Source: a virus (lineage: Duplodnaviria; Caudoviricetes). From it: DNA of 64,000 nt. The DNA is taken from IMG/VR virus record IMGVR_UViG_3300028048_000054. The stretch is one strand, 5' to 3'. The notes under the pieces were generated by a model. That model worked only from the letters and a program-made list of their open reading frames with translations. It was not told the origin of the DNA and searched no databases. Both the position numbers and the translations under genes were made by a program. This document shows positions 28,652 through 37,170 of this stretch, in pieces (position 1 is the first letter of the stretch; the number at the start of each line of letters is the position of its first letter).

Positions 28652-28652
28652 T

Positions 28653-28781
28653 ATGTTTAAAATTACAGGTTCAGTTAAAAAAATTGAAGTAGTAACACCT
28701 AAACAAGCAGAAGAATTTAACAAAGAGGCTGAAGTAAAAGAAGCCCCAAAAGCAAAAAAAGGTAAAAAACAAGCCAAATAA
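28653..28781 (+). CDS. 42-aa charged peptide with four KxA motifs
   Basis: AAGGAG SD; MFKITGSVKKIEVVTPKQAEEFNKEAEVKEAPKAKKGKKQAK. Confidence 0.6.
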   Translation: MFKITGSVKKIEVVTPKQAEEFNKEAEVKEAPKAKKGKKQAK

Positions 28782-28793
28782 GTTTTGAAATTG

Positions 28794-28814
28794 GTATACA
28801 CTTTTATATTAGGT
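28794..28814 (+). promoter_or_regulatory. putative phage late promoter motif
   Basis: GTATACA-CTTTT-ATATTAGGT upstream of ATG 28827. Confidence 0.6.
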
Positions 28815-28826
28815 GTAAGGGTAAAT

Positions 28827-29087
28827 ATGGCTAATAAGGTAAATTTAAGTTCTGCGATTAAGCAAGTAGTGTTGAAAGAACTTTTAGGCAGTGTAATTGA
28901 TTTAACTCGTATTTCAGAAATGAGTGAAAGAGCACACCGCCAATTCTGCATTACTATTAAAAAAGAGTTCTTTGAAAAAGTAGAACTATTAAATACCTTA
29001 TTTGAAAAGGCCGATGGATTCGAAGTTACTCCCACCGAAGAAGTGATGAACTCTTTACGGAGTAAGAAAGATGATACCCACAACTAA
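28827..29087 (+). CDS. hypothetical protein
   Basis: Start moved to MANKV (AAGGG SD). Confidence 0.6.
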   Translation: MANKVNLSSAIKQVVLKELLGSVIDLTRISEMSERAHRQFCITIKKEFFEKVELLNTLFEKADGFEVTPTEEVMNSLRSKKDDTHN

Positions 29088-29856
29088 ACATTGGCTAAAT
29101 GGTTTAAATGTTACTGCTGTTGGAAATGAAAATAGTGGTGACCGAAAAACTGTTAAACCACAAGATATGAGTTTGGACACTCTGATAATGCTCTTAAATG
29201 AGGGGTATGATAGAGTGACCTGGATTGGAAGTGACAGAGATAAAGCAGAAAATGAAATCTGTCAGCGTTATGATTCAAACCAAACAACGTGGTCTTTGGA
29301 AGCCTTTATAAATGTTAACGCAGACTATTTAGGTGGTATTCAAAAAACTGCTGCATTATCGAAAGAAGACTATTCAATTGATGAGTGGCAGGAATTATTA
29401 ACCAGTCCTGGAAGAGCATTAAAGTATGCACAACAACATAACTTTCAGGATTTACCACAGGAAGTAATAGATAGTATAGCGGAAGATGGTCTTTCATCAT
29501 ATAGGTTTGTAAATAGATTTTTAAAAGTAAATCAAACAGACCCAATTCCACAATCAATCGTGGATGCTACATTAAGTGATGAAGACCAACTTGACTATCT
29601 ATATGAAATTTATAAAGACCAACCAAACTTCCCAGATACATACAGAGATATGTATGAGGGTATAGCGAGAGATAGACAACGTGAAGTGCATTATCATAAC
29701 AATCAAAAAGGTACAAAATTTGATAAAAGTAATGCAAAAATTCCTTTTGATGCCCCAATCTTTTCACACTCTCACGTTGGGTGTCAGTGTTATTTAAAAG
29801 TGTGGAAATCTACAGACCCAGATGATTGTGTGTTTGTAGATGCAAATGGATGGTAA
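29071..29856 (+). CDS. MuF/gpF-like head morphogenesis protein with internal insert
   Basis: VTWIGS...C and C-terminal SHSHVGCQC (compare the HPNCRC motif of MuF); lies between portal and protease. Confidence 0.5.
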   Translation: MIPTTKHWLNGLNVTAVGNENSGDRKTVKPQDMSLDTLIMLLNEGYDRVTWIGSDRDKAENEICQRYDSNQTTWSLEAFINVNADYLGGIQKTAALSKEDYSIDEWQELLTSPGRALKYAQQHNFQDLPQEVIDSIAEDGLSSYRFVNRFLKVNQTDPIPQSIVDATLSDEDQLDYLYEIYKDQPNFPDTYRDMYEGIARDRQREVHYHNNQKGTKFDKSNAKIPFDAPIFSHSHVGCQCYLKVWKSTDPDDCVFVDANGW

Positions 29857-29865
29857 TTAACTAAA

Positions 29866-32800
29866 ATGGCATTTTTAAAATTAGGTTCAACTTTACAGAT
29901 TTTACAACCAAATCAAGTGTTGTATAAAACTGCTTCTAAAGAATTAGATAATGTCGTGGCTGAAAAGAACGACAACTTTACCTATTTCCAAACTATTGCT
30001 CTACACTCTGATGTCCCAAATCTTAATGGGGACATCTTTCCTTTAGATGAATTAAAAAAGTCTTACAAATCATTTATTGGTCGTGGGTTATATTTAGACC
30101 ACAATGCCCAATCAGTGGCAAATGCAGTAGGTAAAGTATTTGATGCTAAGTTAATTGAAATTCCAGGGGCTACAGAAGAAGAGGGGAAATATGGTGTTGT
30201 ATGTCTCTGTGGTGTTGATAAAACAACACACCCAGACATCGCCAAAAAAGTAGCAAGTGGGGTAATTGATAGTGTTTCAATGGGTGCGTCCGTAGGTTCT
30301 TGTACTTGTGGAATTTGTGGTGTAAAATGCTCAACCCCAGAAGAATTTTGTGTACACTTACAACATCAAGGGCAAGTAGACCCAGATACTGGTAAGAAAT
30401 GTACATCAATCAACCACGATGTATCTTTCACCGAATTATCATTAGTAGGTGTTCCAGCAGACCCATACGCCAAAATGCAAAAAGTATTCGCAGACTTCGT
30501 AGGTGGTATAACAAAAATTGCTGGTGAAGAAAAACAATTTTTAGAAAAGTTCTCATTTAGTATTCCTTGTGGTAATGAGAAACTTTGCGAAATGATTTAT
30601 AACCTTTTAGACGGTTATAAAAAACAAGGAATTATGGACTTGTCGGCTGATGGGTCTATATTAAAACTTTCTGTAGAAGCCAAAAGCGAAGCAGAAGCAT
30701 TAAAAAAATTAGAGTCAATCAGCCAAGAACAGGGGTTGGACGTTGAAAAACCTCTGAAAAAAGAGGAGAAATCAATGTCAGAAGAAATTAAACCTGTTGA
30801 AGAACAAGTAGAAAAAACTGCTGATGTAGATGAAGCAGCAGCGACCGAAGAAGCACAAAAAATTATCGACAATTTTGAACCAGTTCGTCTTGAGATGGAT
30901 GGTGGTGATGGTACATATGCATCAGTTTTAGTTGGAGATAAAAATTCAGATTTTACAGCCTGGATTGATGTTACAATTAAAAATGATGATGTAGAGTGCG
31001 ACTGGAACCAATTTATTACAAACTTACGTGATACAAACGAAGTAATTAATAAAAAAGTTCGTGATGATAATAAAGTATTTGAATTAGCAACAAGTGAAGC
31101 AATTCAAACTTTACAAGATAAAAATATTATTACTCAAGATGAGAAAGGTTTTTGGCATTGGGCAACCAAACAAGCCGAAGTAAACCCAGATTTGCAAGAA
31201 GTACAATCTTCAAATACTCAATCAAATGAGGTAAAAGACGTGAAAGCAGAAGAAAAGAAAGAAGAAGTAAAACAGGAAAAAACTGCTGCTATGGTCCCAC
31301 CATTCACTGACACAAAAGCACCTGCTGCTCCTGTAGCAGACCCCATTGTGGCCCCAGTGAAAGAACCAGAAGCCAAGCCAGAAATTCCTGCTCCTGCCCC
31401 AGAAGTGAAACCTCTGAAAGATGCTCCATTGGCTGATGCTCCTATGGGTGATAAACCTTTAGGTGACAAACCTATGGCAGATAAACCAGCGGTCCCACCA
31501 ATGGCAGACGGAAAAGAGAAATTTGAAGAAGTTAAACCAGAAGCACCTGCCGACAAAATTAAGACAACACAAGATGCTGCTAAAGCATTATTAGATGCCT
31601 TAAAAGCAGGTGAAAATGCGGACCTCAAAGCCCTTGAAGATGTCATTAATTTCTTAAAAGCAGATAAAAAAGAAGCACCTGCTAAAGAAGAAAAGAAAGA
31701 CGATAAAAAGGACGAAAAGAAAGACGACAAAAAAGAGGACGCTCCTAAAGCAGAAGAAAAGAAAGACGCTCTTAAAGAAGATAAAAAGGACGATAAAGAA
31801 CCTGCTAAGGAAGAAAAGAAAGACGACAAACCTGCTGAAGAAAAGAAAGCGGAAGCCGAACCTGCTCAAGAAGTAGTGGCCGAACCTACAACCGAAGAAA
31901 TTCCTGTAGAAGCCAAAGAAGAGAAGGAAGAAGCAAAAGAAGTGGAATCTGAAGCCAAACCCGCTGAAGAAGTGAAAGAAGTAGAAGCGGCAGCAGATAC
32001 CAAAGAAGAAGAAAAGAAAGAAGCAAATTGTGAAGCCGAAGTGAAACCCACTTTTGCAAATGTAACAAGAGTTTCTTTACTCAAAACCGCAAATATTTTA
32101 GACAGCAAATGGGTATTCCACTTGAAAGGTACAAACAAAGTTGCTTGCTTGAGCATCAAAAACTTGTTACCTGGCGTAGCGGAAAAAGTCGCCTATTTAA
32201 CTTCTAAAGAATTTTACAACGAGATGATGAGTACATTAGAAAAACACGCCGAACTCAATGAAGGTGCCGTAAAAGAAATTACAGCAAACTTCAACGAAAA
32301 AGTGAAAGTGGATTCTGACGAAAAGAAATCTCAAATTGCGAAAGCCACCAATAAAGTTAAAGTAGAAACAGATGCGAAGAAAGTATCCGATACTGCTTCC
32401 AAAGTAACAGAATCTTTAACTGATGATGGTAAAGCACAAAAACAGGACAAGGTGAACTCCAAAGAAGATGCTGGGGCAATTGAATCAGCGTCTAAAAAAG
32501 CACCTGCTGAAACTGATATTAAAGTAGATGCGGCTATGGAATCTAAACTGAAACAAGTAACAGCAGCCTTAGAAGCCAAAGAAGCAGAACTTAACCAATT
32601 GAAGTTACAGCAAGCATTAGAAGCCAAAACTGCTAAAGCACGGAACATTGTTTCTATGTCAATCAAAGCAGGGTTGGTGAAATGCAATGAACAATTTAGA
32701 CAGGAAGAATTACTCAAACAAGCATCACCTGTAAAAGCAAAAGAAGAAGCGATGAAACGCACTGCTGATGCTATGGTGAAAGACTTATTGGGTATGTCCG

Positions 32801-32949
32801 ATGAAGAATTGGATAGACAAGCATCTTATCTGTCAAATTTTAAGGTTGAGGCGGAAGTAAAACAGCTTAAACCGATTAAAATAGAAGCCTCATACAACGA
32901 AAGTAATGAGGAAAGTATCATCAAAGCATTAGCCGCCGAGATGATGTAA
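29866..32949 (+). CDS. prohead maturation protease fused to scaffolding protein
   Basis: PNLNGDIFP..EL..SYKSF.G..LYLDH...AVGKV, VSMG, CxxC insert, FTELSLVGVPADPYA. Long charged Pro/Lys/Glu-rich region and C-terminal coiled coil; precedes the capsid genes. Confidence 0.88.
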   Translation: MAFLKLGSTLQILQPNQVLYKTASKELDNVVAEKNDNFTYFQTIALHSDVPNLNGDIFPLDELKKSYKSFIGRGLYLDHNAQSVANAVGKVFDAKLIEIPGATEEEGKYGVVCLCGVDKTTHPDIAKKVASGVIDSVSMGASVGSCTCGICGVKCSTPEEFCVHLQHQGQVDPDTGKKCTSINHDVSFTELSLVGVPADPYAKMQKVFADFVGGITKIAGEEKQFLEKFSFSIPCGNEKLCEMIYNLLDGYKKQGIMDLSADGSILKLSVEAKSEAEALKKLESISQEQGLDVEKPLKKEEKSMSEEIKPVEEQVEKTADVDEAAATEEAQKIIDNFEPVRLEMDGGDGTYASVLVGDKNSDFTAWIDVTIKNDDVECDWNQFITNLRDTNEVINKKVRDDNKVFELATSEAIQTLQDKNIITQDEKGFWHWATKQAEVNPDLQEVQSSNTQSNEVKDVKAEEKKEEVKQEKTAAMVPPFTDTKAPAAPVADPIVAPVKEPEAKPEIPAPAPEVKPLKDAPLADAPMGDKPLGDKPMADKPAVPPMADGKEKFEEVKPEAPADKIKTTQDAAKALLDALKAGENADLKALEDVINFLKADKKEAPAKEEKKDDKKDEKKDDKKEDAPKAEEKKDALKEDKKDDKEPAKEEKKDDKPAEEKKAEAEPAQEVVAEPTTEEIPVEAKEEKEEAKEVESEAKPAEEVKEVEAAADTKEEEKKEANCEAEVKPTFANVTRVSLLKTANILDSKWVFHLKGTNKVACLSIKNLLPGVAEKVAYLTSKEFYNEMMSTLEKHAELNEGAVKEITANFNEKVKVDSDEKKSQIAKATNKVKVETDAKKVSDTASKVTESLTDDGKAQKQDKVNSKEDAGAIESASKKAPAETDIKVDAAMESKLKQVTAALEAKEAELNQLKLQQALEAKTAKARNIVSMSIKAGLVKCNEQFRQEELLKQASPVKAKEEAMKRTADAMVKDLLGMSDEELDRQASYLSNFKVEAEVKQLKPIKIEASYNESNEESIIKALAAEMM
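31660..31860 (+). repeat. low-complexity KEEKKDDK-type coding repeats in the scaffold
   Basis: APAKEEKKDDKKDEKKDDKKED...PAKEEKKDDKPAEEKK; 5-aa P-x-x-D-K repeats also at about 31420-31490. Confidence 0.7.
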
Positions 32950-32969
32950 TTTAAGGAGAACAAACTAAT

Positions 32970-33494
32970 ATGGCAATTAAAGTAATTTCGCCTGTAAACT
33001 TAGACGAAGGCCACTTAGTAAAACTCGATGCCAACGGCCAGATGGTAGCAGCCGATGCAGTATTGGGTGGACAAGTGGTAAAATTAGTAACCTCTGCCGA
33101 TGCACAATACGGTGGTGAGTTACACATTGAAGTGTCCAAGGGTACTGACGCATTGGCCACAGCAACACCTTATGGTTTCTGCTACAAAGCCTCTGTCGCT
33201 CAACCTGAAAACAACCTTTATATTCCTTTCAATCAATATAAAGCCCCTCTGAACAGACAATCTGTGGTATTAACCAAAGGTTTCCGTGCAGAATTTTGGA
33301 ACGATGGTACTGGTGCAGTATTTGCTGATGACGTAATTGGTGCACAAGCAGGTACAGCATTATACATCAATGCCAATGGTCTTTTAACAACAACCGCTGG
33401 TTCTGCTGACACAGTAGGCTCATTAGTAGTCGCTTCTGTAGAAGTAGCTCCTGCTGATGCAAACGGTGTGTTAGTAGCCAAAGTGGAATTATAA
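32970..33494 (+). CDS. head decoration/cement protein
   Basis: Between scaffold and MCP; GTALYINANGLLTT beta-tulip-like motif; strong SD. Confidence 0.7.
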   Translation: MAIKVISPVNLDEGHLVKLDANGQMVAADAVLGGQVVKLVTSADAQYGGELHIEVSKGTDALATATPYGFCYKASVAQPENNLYIPFNQYKAPLNRQSVVLTKGFRAEFWNDGTGAVFADDVIGAQAGTALYINANGLLTTTAGSADTVGSLVVASVEVAPADANGVLVAKVEL

Positions 33495-33513
33495 GAGTTA
33501 GGAGAATCTGAAA

Positions 33514-34452
33514 ATGGAAAACTTTGCTAAAATGAACACAATTGAAAAAGAAGCAGCATTAAACGCAATGTACGCTTCTCCAAACGGTTTGCAAAAAATT
33601 GCTGCCGTAATGTTGAACCCTATCATTCGTGATTTATTACACGAAGGTCGTGGTCGTCAATGCTTAGCCATCGATAAACTTCAACAAGGTATGGATGCAA
33701 CATACGATTCTGATATTTCAGCCAAAGCCTGCGTATGCAGTGCTGACGGTGTACCTCAATTATCAGTAATTGAATCAGGTCGTTTCATTGTACCAACCTT
33801 CCCTATCGGTGTACAAGCATCAATCAAATGGGTAGAATCAAACTATCGTAAATTTGATATGATTAACCGCACACAAGAACGTGCGAAATCAGCCTTACAA
33901 TCAATCGAAGATAAAAGAATCTTTGATTTAATTGCTTTCTCATCAAAGCAACACTATGCTGCACAACAAACAACAGAAACTGGCCGTGTAACCCTGTTAG
34001 ACTTAGCGAAAGCCAAAGCCAAACTCGAAAAAGGCCGTGTACCTGCTGCTAAAATGATTATGACACCAATCCGTGCAGTAGACGTGGAATTACTTTACAA
34101 TGGTGCTACAGCAATGGGTCCTCTGTTCTTACCTCAAACCTCTGAAGCAAACGTAAACAAAGGTTTAGGCAAAAACATCTTGGGCTTAGACATTGTAACA
34201 GTACCAGATGGTGACACAGTAACTCGTGTAATCAACGGTAAAGAAGTGATTGAAGACCTTCCTATTATCTCGGATAACGAAATCTATGTCTTAGGCCGCC
34301 CAGAAATGGTAGGTATTATGACAATTCGTCAAGACGTGTTAGTAGAAACCCAAAAATGGGTACGTGGTTTAGAAGACTTGTTCGCAATCTATGAAATCGT
34401 AGGTTTCGCAGTCCGCTATGCCAAAGGTCAAATCAACGTACACGTTAAATAA
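33514..34452 (+). CDS. major capsid protein (HK97 fold)
   Basis: Synteny and highly expressed codon style. KIA.VM.NPI...L, VPTFPI, FDMINR.QERAK..LQ..ED..IF, YEIVGF.V motifs. Confidence 0.88.
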   Translation: MENFAKMNTIEKEAALNAMYASPNGLQKIAAVMLNPIIRDLLHEGRGRQCLAIDKLQQGMDATYDSDISAKACVCSADGVPQLSVIESGRFIVPTFPIGVQASIKWVESNYRKFDMINRTQERAKSALQSIEDKRIFDLIAFSSKQHYAAQQTTETGRVTLLDLAKAKAKLEKGRVPAAKMIMTPIRAVDVELLYNGATAMGPLFLPQTSEANVNKGLGKNILGLDIVTVPDGDTVTRVINGKEVIEDLPIISDNEIYVLGRPEMVGIMTIRQDVLVETQKWVRGLEDLFAIYEIVGFAVRYAKGQINVHVK

Positions 34453-34460
34453 AACCTTTA

Positions 34461-34542
34461 AGTCGGGAGAGGGTTCTAGCCCTCTCTCGGCTCACTGTGG
34501 TATAAATTAAGTATTTTACGAAGTATTTAATTGATAGCATAG
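34461..34542 (+). terminator. two RNA hairpins 3' of the capsid gene (terminator, stabiliser or processing site)
   Basis: AGUCGGGAGAGGG/CCCUCUCUCGGCU stem, then a long imperfect stem with a UACG loop. No poly-U tail. Confidence 0.6.
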
Positions 34543-34565
34543 ACTTGAACTGAAAGGAATTATTT

Positions 34566-35186
34566 ATGGAATACTTTATCTATAATAACACAGATTATAC
34601 CGTATCTGTTCCAGATGTACATTATAATAATACGTTTGAAGCAGGTGTAGGTGGAAGTTTCGGAACCACCAATGTTTTTAGAATTGAACCCCACTCTTGG
34701 AATACCACTCGTAGATGTAAGAGTGATGAAGTAGAAGCAAGTATCTCAGGTGGGATTTTATATGGTTCGGCGAAGAAAGGAAATGTGCTTGTTTGTACAC
34801 GGGAAGAGTATGAACAAAAAACTCGTGAACAAGCATCAAATAGATTAGAGTCTTCTATGGGTATTTCTGGACAGGAAAAGGAAGCAAAACAAGACTTTGG
34901 ATTCTTAAATAAAGTAGTTAAACGGTCAGCCCCAGCCCCAATGGACATCAACGATTTTATTGTTGGTGACGTGGTAGAGGAAGAAGAACCAGAAGTGGTA
35001 TCAGAACCAGTAAAAGATGACCGTATTACAACGCTAGAAACGGAAGTTGCTAGTATGAAAGGTGCCTTAAATGATATTGTTGGTCTTTTAAAAGCACAGC
35101 AAGCACCTAAAAAAACAGTAAAAAAAGCAGTTAAAAAGACTGTAACTAAAAAGAAAGCCAATGTACAAAATAAACACAGAAAATAG
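34566..35186 (+). CDS. hypothetical protein with Lys-rich tail
   Basis: Post-capsid ORF; short coiled coil and KKTVKKAVKKTVTKKK. Confidence 0.6.
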   Translation: MEYFIYNNTDYTVSVPDVHYNNTFEAGVGGSFGTTNVFRIEPHSWNTTRRCKSDEVEASISGGILYGSAKKGNVLVCTREEYEQKTREQASNRLESSMGISGQEKEAKQDFGFLNKVVKRSAPAPMDINDFIVGDVVEEEEPEVVSEPVKDDRITTLETEVASMKGALNDIVGLLKAQQAPKKTVKKAVKKTVTKKKANVQNKHRK

Positions 35187-35673
35187 TGGAAGTTGCGGGT
35201 GTGGTTGCGGGAGAATGGACATCCCAGATTTATTAGAACGTGCTCGTACCGTAATGTCCGAGTATTTTAATAATAAATTTGAGGATGATACTTTAGTTGG
35301 TTTAATGCAACTCGTATTAGATGAAATTAATTACACAACCCCAATGACCTATTATTCTTTGTGTAATGCTCCAAAACACTGGAGTTCTGCTATTATAGTT
35401 GGTTTAAAATTTTTCTTATTACTATCATTACAAGAGACTCTGGCGATGAAAGATTTTTCATATAGTGACCAGGGATTATCATTAACTCTTAATCGTGTAC
35501 AAAATTTAGAAGTACCTATTAAAACAGTTCGAAAGATGTTTGAACAAATGGCGTGGAATTGTAAAAAAGTCATTATTCTTCGTCAGGGTCCAAAGATGCT
35601 AACAACACCAAGACATCAGGCTACCATCAGTGGTTTTATGAGAATACTATATGGTGTCAGTTGGTCTATGTAG
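35161..35673 (+). CDS. head-tail adaptor (neck) protein
   Basis: Helical; FEDDTL...LDEIN..P and FSYSDQGLSLTLNR; synteny. Confidence 0.65.
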   Translation: MYKINTENSGSCGCGCGRMDIPDLLERARTVMSEYFNNKFEDDTLVGLMQLVLDEINYTTPMTYYSLCNAPKHWSSAIIVGLKFFLLLSLQETLAMKDFSYSDQGLSLTLNRVQNLEVPIKTVRKMFEQMAWNCKKVIILRQGPKMLTTPRHQATISGFMRILYGVSWSM

Positions 35674-35693
35674 TTTACAATTTGTAATTTATA
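35673..35693 (+). promoter_or_regulatory. putative phage late promoter motif
   Basis: GTTTACA-ATTTG-TAATTTATA before the endonuclease leader. Confidence 0.5.
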
Positions 35694-35772
35694 GAGTAGG
35701 ACATAGGGCAGCTCCCTCGGTTAAATACCTCTGATGTTTAATCTTACTACTCACAATTAATATTTTCAGAGG
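35694..35772 (+). ncRNA. structured leader with anti-SD loop upstream of the homing endonuclease gene
   Basis: Stems GAGUAG/CUACUC, AGGG/CCCU and GGUUAAAUA/UGUUUAAUC. Loop CCUCUGA is complementary to UCAGAGG, which contains the SD. Confidence 0.65.
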
Positions 35773-35779
35773 AAATATA

Positions 35780-36724
35780 GTGGTAAAGAAATATTATACA
35801 CTGGAGTCTTTCAAAGAAGAAATTGAACGACGGTTTCCAGATAAATATGACCTCTCTGGGTTAACAGAATTTAAAAACCAAAATACCACGGTTGAGGTTC
35901 GTTGTAAAAAGCACGGTACAATAAGAGTAAAGGGAAGTACTCTTCTACGTGGTTTTGGGTGTAAAAAGTGCAGGTATGATAAGGCATCAAAATCATTGAA
36001 ACATACATTTAACACTTTTATTCAAGATGCCAATGTTGTTCACAATAATAAATATTTATATGATGCGGCAGAATATGTGAACAAGTCAACAAAAATAAAA
36101 ATTATCTGCCCAATTCACGGACCATTTTATCAAACCCCACATATGCATTTACGGGGAGTAGGGTGTCCAAAGTGTGGTGCATTAAAACGAGGGAAGTCAC
36201 GTAGATTAACGAAAGAAGTTTTTATATCTAGGGCGACTACCAAGCATAATAATTTTTATGACTATACTTTAGTTGATTATAAAACAACTACTACAAAGGT
36301 AAAAATAATTTGTCCTATACACGGAGTTTTTGAGCAGAGTCCATCAAACCATTTATTTGGAAATGGATGCCCAAAATGTAAGCAATCTAAGGGTGAGAAA
36401 TCTATAAAATATTTTCTTGATAAAAATAATATTTCTCACACTACACAATATAAGTACAAGGATTGTGTTTACAAGAAAGAATTACCATTTGACTTTGCAG
36501 TATTAAATAAAGATGGTTTGGTTAAGTTTCTTATAGAGTATCAAGGCGAGCAACATTTTAATAAATTTAGGTTTATCAACGGCGATAAAAATTTTGAGAC
36601 TAGACAATTAAGAGACAAAATCAAATATAACTACTGTAAAGAACATAATATACCACTTTACTATATTACTTATAAGGACAATATAGAAGAAAAGTTAAAA
36701 GAATTACCATTTGATGGAGATTAA
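35780..36724 (+). mobile_element. free-standing homing endonuclease (DUF723/Hef-like Zn repeats plus C-terminal PD-(D/E)xK-like nuclease)
   Basis: Three C..HG...GC.KC repeats (IICPIHG.F.Q.P..HL.G.GCPKC), SKGEK.I...L and LPFDF...LIEYQGEQHF; inserted between neck genes. Confidence 0.8.
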
Positions 36725-37159
36725 ATGACAAATTGGTTTGATGAAGAAATCAGAGCATCGTTAGAACAAGAAGAACAACAGGCTCCTGTACAAGACATTA
36801 ATAAGATGAAAGAAGCATTGAGTTCCCTTGGTTTTGATGTTTCTAGTATTAATATTTCAGCGGTAGAGAAAAACTTAGAAGATAACATTGGTAAAAGAGC
36901 CTGTGTTAAATCTAACATTGTAGTTGCGTCAAACATCTTAATTAAAACCAATTATAATCTCTATCATATTTCACAGGTTGTTCTTCCCAAAGGTTATATT
37001 GGTGTAATCGGTGGAGTAAAAGACGGAAAATATACCATAGACTTTGATGCTAATTTGCCAGTACAAGCGTCAGATGTAATTGAGGGGTATGATGGCTCTG
37101 AACTAACATATCCATTAGATAATTTTGAACTGGCTGATAACGAAGTACAGATTTTATAG
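36725..37159 (+). CDS. hypothetical protein
   Basis: 144-aa ORF with GGAG SD. Confidence 0.6.
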   Translation: MTNWFDEEIRASLEQEEQQAPVQDINKMKEALSSLGFDVSSINISAVEKNLEDNIGKRACVKSNIVVASNILIKTNYNLYHISQVVLPKGYIGVIGGVKDGKYTIDFDANLPVQASDVIEGYDGSELTYPLDNFELADNEVQIL

Positions 37160-37170
37160 AGGGTAAGCGT

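Noticed and set aside
31218-32762. Long antisense ORFs (e.g. 31218..31829, 32331..32762; similar ones at 34622..35161 and 28508..29083)
   Set aside because: Shadows of biased sense-strand codon usage (S/F/L/A-rich), with no SD and no recognisable motifs.
35674-36724. Group I intron or intein housing the endonuclease
   Set aside because: Flanking genes look complete with their own starts and stops. Only ~105 nt upstream and no gap downstream, too little for an intron core.
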